Source: an uncultured Pseudomonadota bacterium
GTDB lineage: Bacteria; Pseudomonadota; Gammaproteobacteria; Steroidobacterales; Woeseiaceae
Length of the DNA: 64,000 bases
NCBI GenBank assembly: GCA_963775455.1
Contig: CAVZIU010000002.1
Coordinates: forward strand, 340,729 to 404,728
Direction: 5' to 3'
This document shows, in pieces, positions 28,259-38,457 of the stretch (positions are counted from its first letter, which is position 1; each line of letters opens with the position of its first letter). A program made the position numbers and the translations under genes. The notes under the pieces are model-generated. The model worked only from the letters and a program-made list of their open reading frames with translations. It had not been told where the DNA came from and searched no databases.

Positions 28259-28657
28259 GTGAAACAATCTATCGTGCACCTGGCGCTTGTAGTTCGCGAT
28301 TATGACGAAGCGATTGAGTTCTACACCAAGACCCTTCGTTTTACGTTAGTTGAAGATACATACCAACCCGAACAAGGCAAACGCTGGGTGGTTGTTGCTC
28401 CACCTGGGTCCGATGGTACGACGCTGTTGTTGGCAATGGCGTCGAATCCTGAGCAAGAAGCGTTCATCGGAAACCAGACGGGTGGACGCGTTTTTCTCTT
28501 TCTGAACACCGACGATTTCTGGCGCGACTACAAAGAGATGACCGATAGAGGGGTCAAATTCGTAAGAGAGCCGAAAATGGAGTCGTATGGAATCGTGGCG
28601 GTGTTCGAGGACCTCTATGGCAATTTGTGGGACTTGTTGCAGTTGAATAGCGAGTGA
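28259..28657 (+). CDS. VOC (glyoxalase/bleomycin-resistance/dioxygenase) family protein
   Basis: 132 aa: ...IVHLALVVRDYDEAIEFYTKTLRF...GGRVFLFLNTDDFWRDYKEM...YGIVAVFEDLYGNLWDLLQ. It uses a GTG start. My hand count is about 50% G+C, against about 67% in the neighbouring aroB. Confidence 0.8.
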   Translation: MKQSIVHLALVVRDYDEAIEFYTKTLRFTLVEDTYQPEQGKRWVVVAPPGSDGTTLLLAMASNPEQEAFIGNQTGGRVFLFLNTDDFWRDYKEMTDRGVKFVREPKMESYGIVAVFEDLYGNLWDLLQLNSE

Positions 28658-28851
28658 CTGACCTGAATTGACCGAACGCAGTCGGCCCATCTTCAGACCT
28701 GACAGCCGCTCCAATGTCCGCGAACTCCAGGACCGGACGATCGCCCTCCTTGACGCTGGTTGCCATTCGATCCGTGCGAAGGTGGGTCGTACCGCATGGA
28801 CTTGGAGTGAGACTCGTTTGCCGGACCGCAATTTCCGGTAATCTTCCCGCC

Positions 28852-29919
28852 ATGACGACGACCGTGAACGTGGAACTCGGGGAGCGGAGCTATCCGATCG
28901 TGATCGGCAGCGAGCTGCTCGACGGCGGATACGACCTCGCCGCTAATGTGCGCGGCCGGGACTGTCTCGTCGTCAGCAACGTCACCGTCGCGCCGCTGTA
29001 CCTCAGCTCGCTGAAACGATGCCTGAAGGGAAAGACGGTTGCCTCGATCGAACTCGAGGACGGCGAGGCGTACAAGAATCTTGCCTCCGTCGAATCGATC
29101 CTCGACCGGCTCGTCGCATCCGGCGCCAATCGCGACACGACGGTGATCGCGCTGGGCGGCGGAGTGGTGGGCGATACCGCCGGTTTTGCCGCGGCCTGTT
29201 ACATGCGCGGTGTCGACTTCATCCAGGTGCCGACCTCGCTGCTCGCGCAAGTCGACTCCTCGGTCGGCGGCAAGACCGGGGTCAACCACGTGCAAGGCAA
29301 GAACCTGATCGGTGCTTTCCACCAGCCGCGCATCGTTCTCATCGACACCGACACCCTGCAGACGCTGCCGGAGCGGGAACTCAAGGCCGGGCTGGCCGAA
29401 GTGATCAAGCACGGTGCGATCGCCGACGCCGGATTCTTCGCATGGCTCGAAGACCACATCGAGGAGCTGCTCGCCTGCGAGCCCGCCGCACTGGAACACG
29501 CCGTCACACGCTCCTGCGAGATCAAGGCCGAAGTCGTAGCCGAGGACGAACGCGAGGCCGGGCGCCGCGCCATCCTGAATTTCGGCCACACCTTCGGGCA
29601 CGCGATCGAGCAGTGCCAGGGCTACGGCGAATGGCTGCACGGCGAAGCGGTGGCCGCCGGCATGGTCCTGGCGGCGGGCTTGAGCGACATCGACGAGGGA
29701 ACGCGGCGCCGCATCGGGCTTTTGATCGAACGCGCCGGCCTGCCGGTGTACCCGCCGCCGGTCGGCGCGGCGCGCATGCGCGCCGCGATGGGCATGGACA
29801 AGAAGGTAGAGGACAAGAAGCTCCGCTTCGTGTTGCTCGACCGGCTCGGCCATGCCTACACCACCAAGGACTACGACAATGTGCGCCTCGACGCCGTGCT
29901 CGAGGATTGCAACGGATGA
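28852..29919 (+). CDS. aroB: 3-dehydroquinate synthase
   Basis: The internal start gives [19 protein letters not shown]..., with [14 protein letters not shown] and GHTFGHAIE motifs. Confidence 0.95.
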   Translation: MTTTVNVELGERSYPIVIGSELLDGGYDLAANVRGRDCLVVSNVTVAPLYLSSLKRCLKGKTVASIELEDGEAYKNLASVESILDRLVASGANRDTTVIALGGGVVGDTAGFAAACYMRGVDFIQVPTSLLAQVDSSVGGKTGVNHVQGKNLIGAFHQPRIVLIDTDTLQTLPERELKAGLAEVIKHGAIADAGFFAWLEDHIEELLACEPAALEHAVTRSCEIKAEVVAEDEREAGRRAILNFGHTFGHAIEQCQGYGEWLHGEAVAAGMVLAAGLSDIDEGTRRRIGLLIERAGLPVYPPPVGAARMRAAMGMDKKVEDKKLRFVLLDRLGHAYTTKDYDNVRLDAVLEDCNG

Positions 29920-31079
29920 GTGCAGGCGGGCTCGCCGTGTACGCCGCGGACGAGATGCGCTCGAAGGGTCGACGGTACCCGGAAACGCCCTCGGCCTGGC
30001 GCGGCGAATACCAGCGCGATCGTGACCGCATCATTCACTCGACCGCGTTTCGGCGCCTAATGTACAAGACGCAGGTTTTCGTCAATCACGAAGGCGACCT
30101 GTACCGTACCCGTCTCACGCATTCACTCGAAGTCGCGCAGATCGGGCGGACGGTCGCCGTCGCGCTGAACCTCTGCGAGCCGCTCACCGAAGCGATCTGC
30201 CTCGCGCACGACCTCGGCCACACGCCTTTCGGCCATGCGGGACAAGACGCACTCAATGCCTGCATGCGCGACTACGGCGGCTTCGAACATAACCTGCAGT
30301 CGCTGCGCGTCGTCGACGAACTCGAGCTGCGCTACGCGGAGTTCCCCGGGCTGAATCTCATGTTCGAGACGCGCGAAGGCATCCTCAAGCATTGTTCCGC
30401 GCGCAATGCCCGTGCGCTGGGCGAACTGGGGGAGCGATTCCTCGCAAGAAAGCAGCCGGGGCTCGAAGCGCAGATCGCCGACCTCGCGGATGCAATTGCC
30501 TACAACCACCATGACGTCGACGACGGGCTGCGGGCAGGGCTCATCTCGCTGCGGCAGCTCCGACGCCAGCCCCTGTTCGGCGAGCAGTACGACAAGGTGC
30601 GGGCCCTCTATCCGAAGCTCGCGCTCGACGACCGGACCTTCGTCTTCGAAGTCATCCGCCGGATGATCGGTGCCGTCGTGACCGACCTCATCGAGAGCAG
30701 CGCACGCAATATCGAAGCGGCCGCGCCGGACTCGATTGACGAGGTGCGCGATGCCGACCGGTCGCTCATCGCGATGTCCGTATCGATGCACGCCGGGCAC
30801 CTCGCGCTCAAGAAGTTCCTCGACCGGCACCTGTACCGGCACGAGAAGAAGCTCGAGATGACGGCGCGGGTGCAATCCGTCGTGCGCGATCTTTTTGTCG
30901 CCTACATGGACGATAACTCATTGATGCCCAAGGAATATTCAGAGTCTGCTCAGAGCCGCGACGAGGCCGCCCGTGCCCGCATCGTAGCCGACTACATCGC
31001 CGGTATGACCGACCGCTATGCGCTCGCTGCGCACGAGCGCCTCGGGGGCCGCGGCCAATCTTCCCGGCTTTCGGGCTAG
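29916..31079 (+). CDS. dgt: deoxyguanosinetriphosphate triphosphohydrolase-like (HD domain) protein
   Basis: [23 protein letters not shown]... with [26 protein letters not shown] and [11 protein letters not shown]. Its ATG overlaps the aroB stop (ATGA). Confidence 0.85.
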   Translation: MSAGGLAVYAADEMRSKGRRYPETPSAWRGEYQRDRDRIIHSTAFRRLMYKTQVFVNHEGDLYRTRLTHSLEVAQIGRTVAVALNLCEPLTEAICLAHDLGHTPFGHAGQDALNACMRDYGGFEHNLQSLRVVDELELRYAEFPGLNLMFETREGILKHCSARNARALGELGERFLARKQPGLEAQIADLADAIAYNHHDVDDGLRAGLISLRQLRRQPLFGEQYDKVRALYPKLALDDRTFVFEVIRRMIGAVVTDLIESSARNIEAAAPDSIDEVRDADRSLIAMSVSMHAGHLALKKFLDRHLYRHEKKLEMTARVQSVVRDLFVAYMDDNSLMPKEYSESAQSRDEAARARIVADYIAGMTDRYALAAHERLGGRGQSSRLSG

Positions 31080-31119
31080 AATTCACCGCCCCTGGCGCAG
31101 CAGACCGCAGAGCAGAGCA

Positions 31120-31836
31120 GTGACACCGAAGAACATCCCCGCGCGCGAGCGCCTCATCTTCGCCATGGACGTGCCGGATTGCGCGAGCGCGCGCGCGCTC
31201 GCGACCGAGCTCGGCGAGGCGGTGGCGTTCTACAAGATAGGTCTCGAGCTGATGATGAGCGGCGGGTACTTCGAGCTGCTCGACGGGCTGCTCGCGCGCG
31301 GCAAGAAGGTCTTCTGCGATCTCAAGTTCTTCGACATACCGGCGACGGTGGGCTCGGCGGTGCGGCAACTGCAGGATCGCGGCGCAACTTTCGTCACCGT
31401 GCACGGCAACCGCTCTATCATGGAGGCCGCCGCCGCGAACAAGGGCGACTCGCTGAAGGTGCTGGGTGTCACGGTGCTGACCAGTCTCGACCGCGGCGAT
31501 CTCGACGACCTGGGTTTCGACTGCGATGTCGATGCGCTGGTACTCTCGCGCGCGAAGCAATGCCTCGAAGCCGGCTGTGACGGCGTGATCTCCTCCGGGC
31601 TCGAGGTACCGAAGCTGCGCGAGTTCGTCGACCACAAGCTGCTCGTCGTCTCGCCCGGTATCCGCCCCGTCGACAACAAACCCATGGGCGACCAGAAGCG
31701 CGTCGTCACCGTGGAGACGGCCTTCGCGAATGGCTGCGACTACATCGTCGTCGGCCGTCCGATCCGCGACGCTGCGAGCCCGCGCGCCGCTGCCGAAGCA
31801 ATGCAGTCGTCGATCGCGGCGCAGTTCGACGCCTGA
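31120..31836 (+). CDS. pyrF: orotidine 5'-phosphate decarboxylase
   Basis: LIFAMDV..., KIGLEL and [11 protein letters not shown] motifs. The GTG start at 31120 was chosen because the first ATG (31165) would remove the conserved LIxAxD strand. Confidence 0.85.
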   Translation: MTPKNIPARERLIFAMDVPDCASARALATELGEAVAFYKIGLELMMSGGYFELLDGLLARGKKVFCDLKFFDIPATVGSAVRQLQDRGATFVTVHGNRSIMEAAAANKGDSLKVLGVTVLTSLDRGDLDDLGFDCDVDALVLSRAKQCLEAGCDGVISSGLEVPKLREFVDHKLLVVSPGIRPVDNKPMGDQKRVVTVETAFANGCDYIVVGRPIRDAASPRAAAEAMQSSIAAQFDA

Positions 31837-32900
31837 TGTCTAAACTGGCAAACGACCTGCTGTTGCGCGCGCTGCTCCGCGAGCCGGTGCCGCGCACGCC
31901 CGTGTGGATCATGCGCCAGGCTGGCCGCTATCTGCCGGAGTACCGCGCGACCCGCGAACAGGCAGGCGACTTCATGAGCCTGTGCCGCAACCCCGAACTC
32001 GCCTGCGAAGTGACGATGCAGCCGCTCAGGCGTTACGAGCTGGACGCGGCGATACTGTTCTCCGACATACTCACCGTGCCCGATGCGATGGGACTCGGGC
32101 TGTATTTCGAGGAAGGCGAAGGGCCGAAATTCCGCCACCCGGTGCGCTCGCAGCGCGACATCCGCAAGCTGCCGGCGCCGGACGTCGCCGATTCGCTCTC
32201 TTATGTCTTCGAAGCCGTGCAGAGGATCCGGCGCGAACTCGACGGGCGCGTGCCGCTGATCGGATTCGCGGGCAGTCCATGGACGGTTGCCACCTACATG
32301 GTCGAGGGCGGTTCCGACCGGGAGTTCCGCCGCATCCGTGCGCTGGCAGCCGAGGACTCGCGTTCACTCGAACAACTGCTGACGCATGTCGCGAAGACGA
32401 CGACGGATTACCTCAACGCCCAAGTCGAGGCCGGCGCGCAGGTGCTGCAGATTTTCGACACCTGGGGCGGCGTGCTGGAACGCGAAGAGTTCCGGCGTTT
32501 CTCGCTGGCGAGCATGGAACGCATCGTGGACGGCCTTACGCGCGAGCATGAGGGTCGCCGGGTGCCTGTCATCCTGTTCACCAAAGGGGCTGGGGAGCGG
32601 CTCGCCGACATGACCCGATCCGGCTGCGACGCACTCGGCGTCGACTGGACTACGGACCTGTCGACCGCACGCGGCTACGTCGGAGACAAGCTTGCGTTGC
32701 AGGGCAACCTCGATCCGGCCGTCCTGCGCGAGAGCCCGGCGGCCATCCGGCAGGGTGTCGCCGACACGCTGGCGAGCTATGGAAAGGGGCCGGGTCACGT
32801 GTTCAACCTGGGCCACGGCATCACGCCGGACATCGACCCGGCGCATCTAGGCACGTGCATAGCCGCAGTCCACGAGCTGAGCCCGCAGTACCACACGTAG
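31836..32900 (+). CDS. hemE: uroporphyrinogen decarboxylase
   Basis: [16 protein letters not shown] signature. Its ATG overlaps the pyrF stop. Confidence 0.95.
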   Translation: MSKLANDLLLRALLREPVPRTPVWIMRQAGRYLPEYRATREQAGDFMSLCRNPELACEVTMQPLRRYELDAAILFSDILTVPDAMGLGLYFEEGEGPKFRHPVRSQRDIRKLPAPDVADSLSYVFEAVQRIRRELDGRVPLIGFAGSPWTVATYMVEGGSDREFRRIRALAAEDSRSLEQLLTHVAKTTTDYLNAQVEAGAQVLQIFDTWGGVLEREEFRRFSLASMERIVDGLTREHEGRRVPVILFTKGAGERLADMTRSGCDALGVDWTTDLSTARGYVGDKLALQGNLDPAVLRESPAAIRQGVADTLASYGKGPGHVFNLGHGITPDIDPAHLGTCIAAVHELSPQYHT

Positions 32901-32944
32901 GAGCGGCCGTGCGGCCGCGATCGCGGCGTTACCGCCGCTCTTAC
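32897..32944. repeat. head-to-head REP pair (GTAGGAGCG family) between convergent hemE and fadD
   Basis: GTAGGAGCGGCCGTGCGGCCGCGA (32897-32920) abuts TCGCGGCGTTACCGCCGCTCTTAC (32921-32944). The hemE TAG and the fadD TAA stop codons both lie inside the REP arms. Confidence 0.75.
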
Positions 32945-34611
32945 GACGCTGCCTCGTCGCGCAGGGCGCGGCGCAGGATCTTGCCGACATTGGTCTTTGG
33001 CAGTTCCTTGCGGAATTCGACTTCCTTCGGCCGCTTGTAGCCGGTCAGGTTCTTCCGGCAGTGCTCCATCACGTCCTCTTCGGTGACGGAATCCTTCGCG
33101 CGCACCGCGAAGACCTTGACCGCCTCGCCGGAATGCTCGTCCGGGATGCCGATCGCGGCGGCCTCCAGGATACCGTCCATCTCGACGACCACGTTTTCGA
33201 CCTCGTTCGGATAAACATTGAAGCCCGACACGATGATCAGGTCCTTCTTGCGATCCTCGATGAAGATGAATCCTTTCCCGTCCATGCGGCCGATGTCGCC
33301 GGTCTTGAGCCAGCCGCCGGGGAGCATCACCTCGGCGGTTTCGGCCGGACGCTGCCAGTAGCCCTCCATCACCTGCGGGCCCTTCACGCAGATTTCACCG
33401 ACCGTGCCGACCGGTAGCTGGTTGCCGTCGTCGTCGGCGATCATGATATCCGTCGACGGCACCGGCAGCCCGATACTGCCGGTGAAGGTTCCGCCCGGCG
33501 GCGACGCCGTGGCTACCGGCGAGGTTTCCGTGAGCCCGTAGCCCTGGTCGATGGGCACGCCGGTCACTTCGACCCAGCGTTTCGCGACCGCCGGCTGTAC
33601 CGCCATACCGCCGCCGACGGCCGCGCGCAGTTGACTGAAGTCGAGTTGCGCGAATCCCGGCGTGTTCAGGAGCGCCGCGAACAGCGTATTGACGCCGGTG
33701 ATATACGTGAACTCATGGTTGCGGAGTTCCTTGACGAAAGCGGGTAAATCGCGTGGATTCGTGATCAGCACGTTCTGTCCACCGCGCGACATGACGCACA
33801 GGCAGTTCGAGACGAGCGAGAAGATGTGGTAGAGCGGCAATGCGGTGATGGCGACGATCGTTTCGTCACGTGGTGTCACGACATCCATCAGCGCGTTGCT
33901 CTGCGCCACGTTGTACAGCATGTTGCGGTGGCTCAGCATGGCACCCTTGGATACGCCGGTCGTACCGCCCGTGTATTGCAGGAACGCAATGTCGGCGAAA
34001 CCCAGTTCGACGTCCGTTAGCGCATGCCCGCTACCGAGCTCGAGCGCGCGCCGCAACCGCACTGCTTCCGACAGCCCGTACTTCGGCACCGACTTTTTGA
34101 TGTAGCGGATCGCGAAGTCCATGATCCAGCCCTTCGGCTTCGCCAGCAGATCGCCGACCGAGGTGGTGATCACGTGCCGTACCTCGGTCGCGTCGATGAT
34201 CGTGTCCAGCACGTGCGCGAAATTTTCGAGGATGACGATCGCCACTGCGCCGGAATCCGCGAGCTGGTGTTGCAGTTCCCGGGCTGTGTACAGCGGGTTC
34301 ACGTTCACAGCGACGAGTCCCGCGCGGAAAATGCCGCACAGCGCAACCGGGTACTGCAGGACGTTCGGCAGCATGACCGCGACGCGCTCGCCGCGGGTCA
34401 GGCCGAGTGCCCCCTGCAGGTAGCCGGCGAAGTGCATGGACAGGAGGTCGAGCTGTCGATAGTCGAGCGTCGTGCCGAAATTGGCGTACGCGGGCCGGTC
34501 CGCGTATTCGACGAACACGTGCTCGAACAGGTCGCGCAGGGACCGGAATTCCGGTTCGGGAATGAATGCCGGCACCCCTTCCGGGTAGGACTCGAGCCAG
34601 ATCCTCTCCAA
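32941..34611 (-). CDS. fadD: long-chain-fatty-acid--CoA ligase
   Basis: 556 aa with an AMP-binding motif (LQYTGGTTGVSKGAMLSH) and GWLKTGD...DRKKD. Confidence 0.9.
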   Translation of the reverse strand: MERIWLESYPEGVPAFIPEPEFRSLRDLFEHVFVEYADRPAYANFGTTLDYRQLDLLSMHFAGYLQGALGLTRGERVAVMLPNVLQYPVALCGIFRAGLVAVNVNPLYTARELQHQLADSGAVAIVILENFAHVLDTIIDATEVRHVITTSVGDLLAKPKGWIMDFAIRYIKKSVPKYGLSEAVRLRRALELGSGHALTDVELGFADIAFLQYTGGTTGVSKGAMLSHRNMLYNVAQSNALMDVVTPRDETIVAITALPLYHIFSLVSNCLCVMSRGGQNVLITNPRDLPAFVKELRNHEFTYITGVNTLFAALLNTPGFAQLDFSQLRAAVGGGMAVQPAVAKRWVEVTGVPIDQGYGLTETSPVATASPPGGTFTGSIGLPVPSTDIMIADDDGNQLPVGTVGEICVKGPQVMEGYWQRPAETAEVMLPGGWLKTGDIGRMDGKGFIFIEDRKKDLIIVSGFNVYPNEVENVVVEMDGILEAAAIGIPDEHSGEAVKVFAVRAKDSVTEEDVMEHCRKNLTGYKRPKEVEFRKELPKTNVGKILRRALRDEAAS

Positions 34612-34623
34612 GTGTGTCCCCCT

Positions 34624-35262
34624 TTAGTCGTCGCGATCAGTCGGCGCCCCAGGCGCCGGCAATGAATCCTCGATAATGGGCCACGCATTGTCCAGCAATC
34701 GCGGCTGCGCGCGCGTATTCGGATGTATGCCGTCGGCCTGCAGGAACTCGGGATCGAGTGCCACGCCCTCCATGAAGAACTCGATCCAGGGGATGTCCTC
34801 GCCTGCAGCCGCATCGCGAAACGCCTGTTCGAAGTCAGCGGTGTAGCGCGCCGGATAATTCGGCGGAATGCGGATGCCCAGCAATACCACCCGGGCGCCG
34901 GCCGCCTTGCCGGCGGCAATGATTTTTCCGAGATTCTCGCGCAGGCGCTCCGGCGGAAATCCGCGCAGGCCGTCGTTACCGCCGAGTTCGACGATGAGCA
35001 ATTCGGGATCGAAGCGCTCGAGCGCATCATCGATGCGGGTCACGCCGCCCTCGCTGGTCTCGCCGGAGATGCTGGCGTTCACCACACGATGTTCGTAACC
35101 TAGGCTGGCGAGCCGCTCCTGCAACAATGCGGCCCAGGATTGGTCAGACTCCATTCCGTATGCGGCGCTGAGGCTGTCGCCAAATATCAGGATCGTCGGC
35201 GCGTCCTCGCCTTGCGCGACCGCGGATATCAACAAGAAAAGAATTGCCAGGATCTTCTGCAT
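34624..35262 (-). CDS. tesA: SGNH/GDSL arylesterase-thioesterase (TesA-like), secreted
   Basis: The internal start gives MQKILAILFLLISAVAQG (signal peptide), then ILIFGDSLSAAYG, GGNDGLRG and a DGIHPN catalytic block. It is divergent from ybbA, as in E. coli. Confidence 0.85.
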   Translation of the reverse strand: MQKILAILFLLISAVAQGEDAPTILIFGDSLSAAYGMESDQSWAALLQERLASLGYEHRVVNASISGETSEGGVTRIDDALERFDPELLIVELGGNDGLRGFPPERLRENLGKIIAAGKAAGARVVLLGIRIPPNYPARYTADFEQAFRDAAAGEDIPWIEFFMEGVALDPEFLQADGIHPNTRAQPRLLDNAWPIIEDSLPAPGAPTDRDD

Positions 35263-35965
35263 GTCGAATACGGAACGCGATATCGTCCTCTTTGCCGAGG
35301 GCCTGACGAAGCAGGTTAGCAGTCCCGAGGGTACGCTGACCATTCTTGCGGACGTCGGGTTCGCCGTGGACCGCGGCGAATCCGTCGCGGTCGTCGGAAC
35401 GTCGGGCGCCGGCAAATCCACGTTGCTCGCGTTACTCGCTGGCCTGGACCTGCCGACAGCCGGCACCGTGAGGCTGAACGGCCACGAACTTAATTCACTG
35501 GACGAGGACGGCCGTGCCCGCGTCCGCGCGCAGAGCGTCGGCTTCGTGTTCCAGTCCTTCCACCTCGTGCCATCGCTCACCGCGGTCGAGAACGTAATGC
35601 TGCCGCTCGAGCTTGCCGGCCACCAGGACGCCGCACTGTCGGCGATGGCGATCATTCGCGAAGTCGGGCTGGGCGAGCGGAGCGGCCATTATCCCGCGCA
35701 GCTGTCGGGCGGCGAGAAACAGCGAGTCGCGATCGCACGCGCGTTCGCGACCGAACCAGCCGTGCTGTTCGCCGACGAGCCGACCGGCAATCTCGACGCG
35801 CGCACCGGCGACAGGGTCATGCAGCTCATGTTCGATCTGAATCGCGAATCGGCCACGACGCTCGTGCTCGTGACCCACGATGTTGCACTCGCGGGACGTT
35901 GCGACCGCGTCCTGACGCTCGACGCCGGCAGGCTCGTGAGCGACGCGCGGGCGGCAGCCGCTTGA
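35261..35965 (+). CDS. ybbA: ABC transporter ATP-binding protein (YbbA/LolD-like)
   Basis: Walker A (GTSGAGKST), signature (LSGGEKQRVAIARA) and Walker B (LFADEPTGNLD). Confidence 0.85.
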   Translation: MSNTERDIVLFAEGLTKQVSSPEGTLTILADVGFAVDRGESVAVVGTSGAGKSTLLALLAGLDLPTAGTVRLNGHELNSLDEDGRARVRAQSVGFVFQSFHLVPSLTAVENVMLPLELAGHQDAALSAMAIIREVGLGERSGHYPAQLSGGEKQRVAIARAFATEPAVLFADEPTGNLDARTGDRVMQLMFDLNRESATTLVLVTHDVALAGRCDRVLTLDAGRLVSDARAAAA

Positions 35966-38457
35966 AGGCGCTCAGGTTCGCGCTCAGGAGTTTCCGGCGC
36001 GAGCTGGGCGCCGGCGAAATGCTGGTGCTGCTGGCCGCGGTCGCACTCGCCGTCGCTGCCCTGACGGCGGTCGGATTCCTCACCGATCGCATCGCCAAAG
36101 CGGTCGCCCGGCAAGCGAACGAAGTCCTGGCGGCCGACCTGAGGCTCGGCTCCCAGGAACGGATACCCGACGAGTGGCGCAGGCTCGCGGCCGGGCACGG
36201 GCTTGCAACCGCCGACACGGTCTCGTTCCCGACCGTCGTCTATCGCGGCGACGACAATGCGCTGTCGACGGTCACGGCAGTCACCGATGCCTACCCCCTG
36301 CGCGGCCGCGTGAAGATCGCCGACGCGCTGTTCGGCAGCGAACGGACGACTGACGCGGTTCCCGAGGCGGGCAGCGTGTGGGCCGACGGCTCGCTACTCG
36401 CGCGGGTCGGCGCCGCGGTTGGCGATCGCCTGGAGATCGGCAATGCGCAATTGCGCGTCGCAGCCGTTGTGACCTACCGGCCCGACCAGTCGATCGGCTT
36501 CGCCTCGCTCGCGCCGACCCTGCTCATGAATGTCGCGGATCTCGATGCAACGGGACTGATAGGCGTCGGCAGCCGCGTTCGTTATGCACTCCTCGTCGCC
36601 GGTGACGAGGACGATGTCGCGGACTTCCGCGCCGCGGTGGAGCCCGGCTTGCCGGACTCCCTGCGCCTCGGTTCGGCGGAGGAGAGCAGCGAGCGAGCGC
36701 TGGCCGCAGCCGATCGCGCGCAACGTTTCCTGTCGCTGACGGCGGTCATCAGCCTGCTCCTGTCCGCCGTGGCCATCGCGATGTCGGCGCGGCGCTTCGC
36801 ACAGCGCCGCCTGGACACCGTGGCGCTGATGAAAAGCCTGGGCGCAACGCAGAATTTCGTCGTCGCGGTGGCCGTGGCCCAGCTCGTCCTGATCGGCCTG
36901 CTCGGCGTCGCGATCGGCAGCATCGTCGGCTTCGTTGCGGAGTCGCTGCTGTCCTGGCTCATCGCGGACATCATCGAGGGCGAGCTTCCGTCGCCCGGCC
37001 TGAAGCCCGTCGTACTCGCCTGCGGCAGCGCGCTGCTGCTGCTCGCGGGCTTCGCGCTGCCGTCGCTGCTGACGCTGCGCCACACACCGCCGCTCAGGGT
37101 TTTGCGCCACGACGCCGTACCGCCCGCACCGTCGCGCGTCCTGGTCGCGGGATTGTCCCTGCTGGCCGTGGCGGGCCTCCTGTACCAGTCCGTCGGCGAC
37201 GCCCGGATGCTCTTCGTTGTGCTGGGCGGCGTGGTGGTCATCGCGGCGGGCCTGTACCTCGTCGGCCGCGCGCTCGTCGTGGTCCTCGGCCGCTTCCGTT
37301 CCGGCGTCGGCATCGCGTGGCGTTACGGTCTTGCCAATGTGGCACGCCGCGGGCGCATCAGCGCGGTGCAGGTCGTTGCTTTCGGTCTCGGGCTCACCGT
37401 CCTGCTCCTGCTGACGCTGGTCCGTACCGACCTGCTCGAAAGCTGGCGGCGGACGCTCGACGAAGATGCGCCGAACCAGTTCCTGATCAACATCCAGCCT
37501 GCGGAAACGGCATCGGTCGAGCGCATATTCGCGGGGCGGGGTATCGCGCCGCCCGCATTGTCGCCGCTGGTGCGGGCACGGATGACGGCCATCAACGGTG
37601 AGACGGTCAAGGATCGTAGCTATCCGGAACCGGGCGGAGAATGGTTCGCGAACCGCGAGCACAACCTGTCCTGGGCGGCCGAACCGAGCAGCAGCAACGA
37701 AATCGTGGAAGGGGAGTGGTGGGCGAATGACTACGACGGCCCGCCGCTGGTGTCGATCGAGGCGGAGCAGGCGCTGGAAACTGGTCTCGGCATCGGCGAC
37801 GTCCTGGACTTCGAGGTAGCCGGCCAGCCGCTCACGGCGACCATCGCCAGCGTGCGCACCGTCAACTGGGATTCGTTCCAGCCGAACTTCTTCCTGGTGT
37901 TCTCGCCGGGCGCCCTCGAGGACTTTCCGACGACCTACATCGCAAGCATGCGCATCGAGCCGGCGGAGCGGCCTGCGCTCGTCGAACTCGTGCGCGCACA
38001 CCCGACGATTTCAGTCATCGATCTGGACGCCATTCTGCAGCAGGTCCGCGGCATCATCGAGAAAGCGAGCCTCGCCGTACAGGCGGTCTTCGTCTTCACG
38101 CTGGCTGCGGGCATCGCGGTGCTGTTTGCGGCGGTGCAGTCGACGATCGACGAACGCCGATTCGAGAGCGCGATGCTGCGTGCTCTCGGCGCGCGCAAGC
38201 GCGTCGTCTTCGCCGGCGTGATGGCGGAGTTCGCCGCCCTGGGTGCGGCCGCCGGATTCCTGGCCGCCGCCGGCGCGTCGGTGCTCGCCGCCGTCGTCGC
38301 GGTGCAGCTGTTCGATCTACCTTACACTTTCAATCCGCTGCTGTGGGTCGCCGGCGTGGCGGCCGGCATCGTGGTCGTCTGCCTGAGCGGCTGGTTTGCG
38401 GCACGCAGCGCGATCAATTCCGCGCCCGTCGACGTACTGCGCGGAGCACCGATGTGA
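35962..38457 (+). CDS. ybbP: ABC transporter permease, FtsX-like (YbbP family)
   Basis: About 830 aa with two FtsX-type permease modules. I chose the TTG start at 35962, which overlaps the ybbA stop. The ATG at 35899 in the ORF track would overlap ybbA by 67 nt. Confidence 0.8.
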   Translation: MKALRFALRSFRRELGAGEMLVLLAAVALAVAALTAVGFLTDRIAKAVARQANEVLAADLRLGSQERIPDEWRRLAAGHGLATADTVSFPTVVYRGDDNALSTVTAVTDAYPLRGRVKIADALFGSERTTDAVPEAGSVWADGSLLARVGAAVGDRLEIGNAQLRVAAVVTYRPDQSIGFASLAPTLLMNVADLDATGLIGVGSRVRYALLVAGDEDDVADFRAAVEPGLPDSLRLGSAEESSERALAAADRAQRFLSLTAVISLLLSAVAIAMSARRFAQRRLDTVALMKSLGATQNFVVAVAVAQLVLIGLLGVAIGSIVGFVAESLLSWLIADIIEGELPSPGLKPVVLACGSALLLLAGFALPSLLTLRHTPPLRVLRHDAVPPAPSRVLVAGLSLLAVAGLLYQSVGDARMLFVVLGGVVVIAAGLYLVGRALVVVLGRFRSGVGIAWRYGLANVARRGRISAVQVVAFGLGLTVLLLLTLVRTDLLESWRRTLDEDAPNQFLINIQPAETASVERIFAGRGIAPPALSPLVRARMTAINGETVKDRSYPEPGGEWFANREHNLSWAAEPSSSNEIVEGEWWANDYDGPPLVSIEAEQALETGLGIGDVLDFEVAGQPLTATIASVRTVNWDSFQPNFFLVFSPGALEDFPTTYIASMRIEPAERPALVELVRAHPTISVIDLDAILQQVRGIIEKASLAVQAVFVFTLAAGIAVLFAAVQSTIDERRFESAMLRALGARKRVVFAGVMAEFAALGAAAGFLAAAGASVLAAVVAVQLFDLPYTFNPLLWVAGVAAGIVVVCLSGWFAARSAINSAPVDVLRGAPM

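Noticed and set aside
29019-31079. A 686-aa ORF spanning aroB (out of frame) and dgt.
   Set aside because: Only the part from ATG 29916 matches dGTPase-like HD proteins. The upstream part is an Arg-rich alternative frame of aroB.
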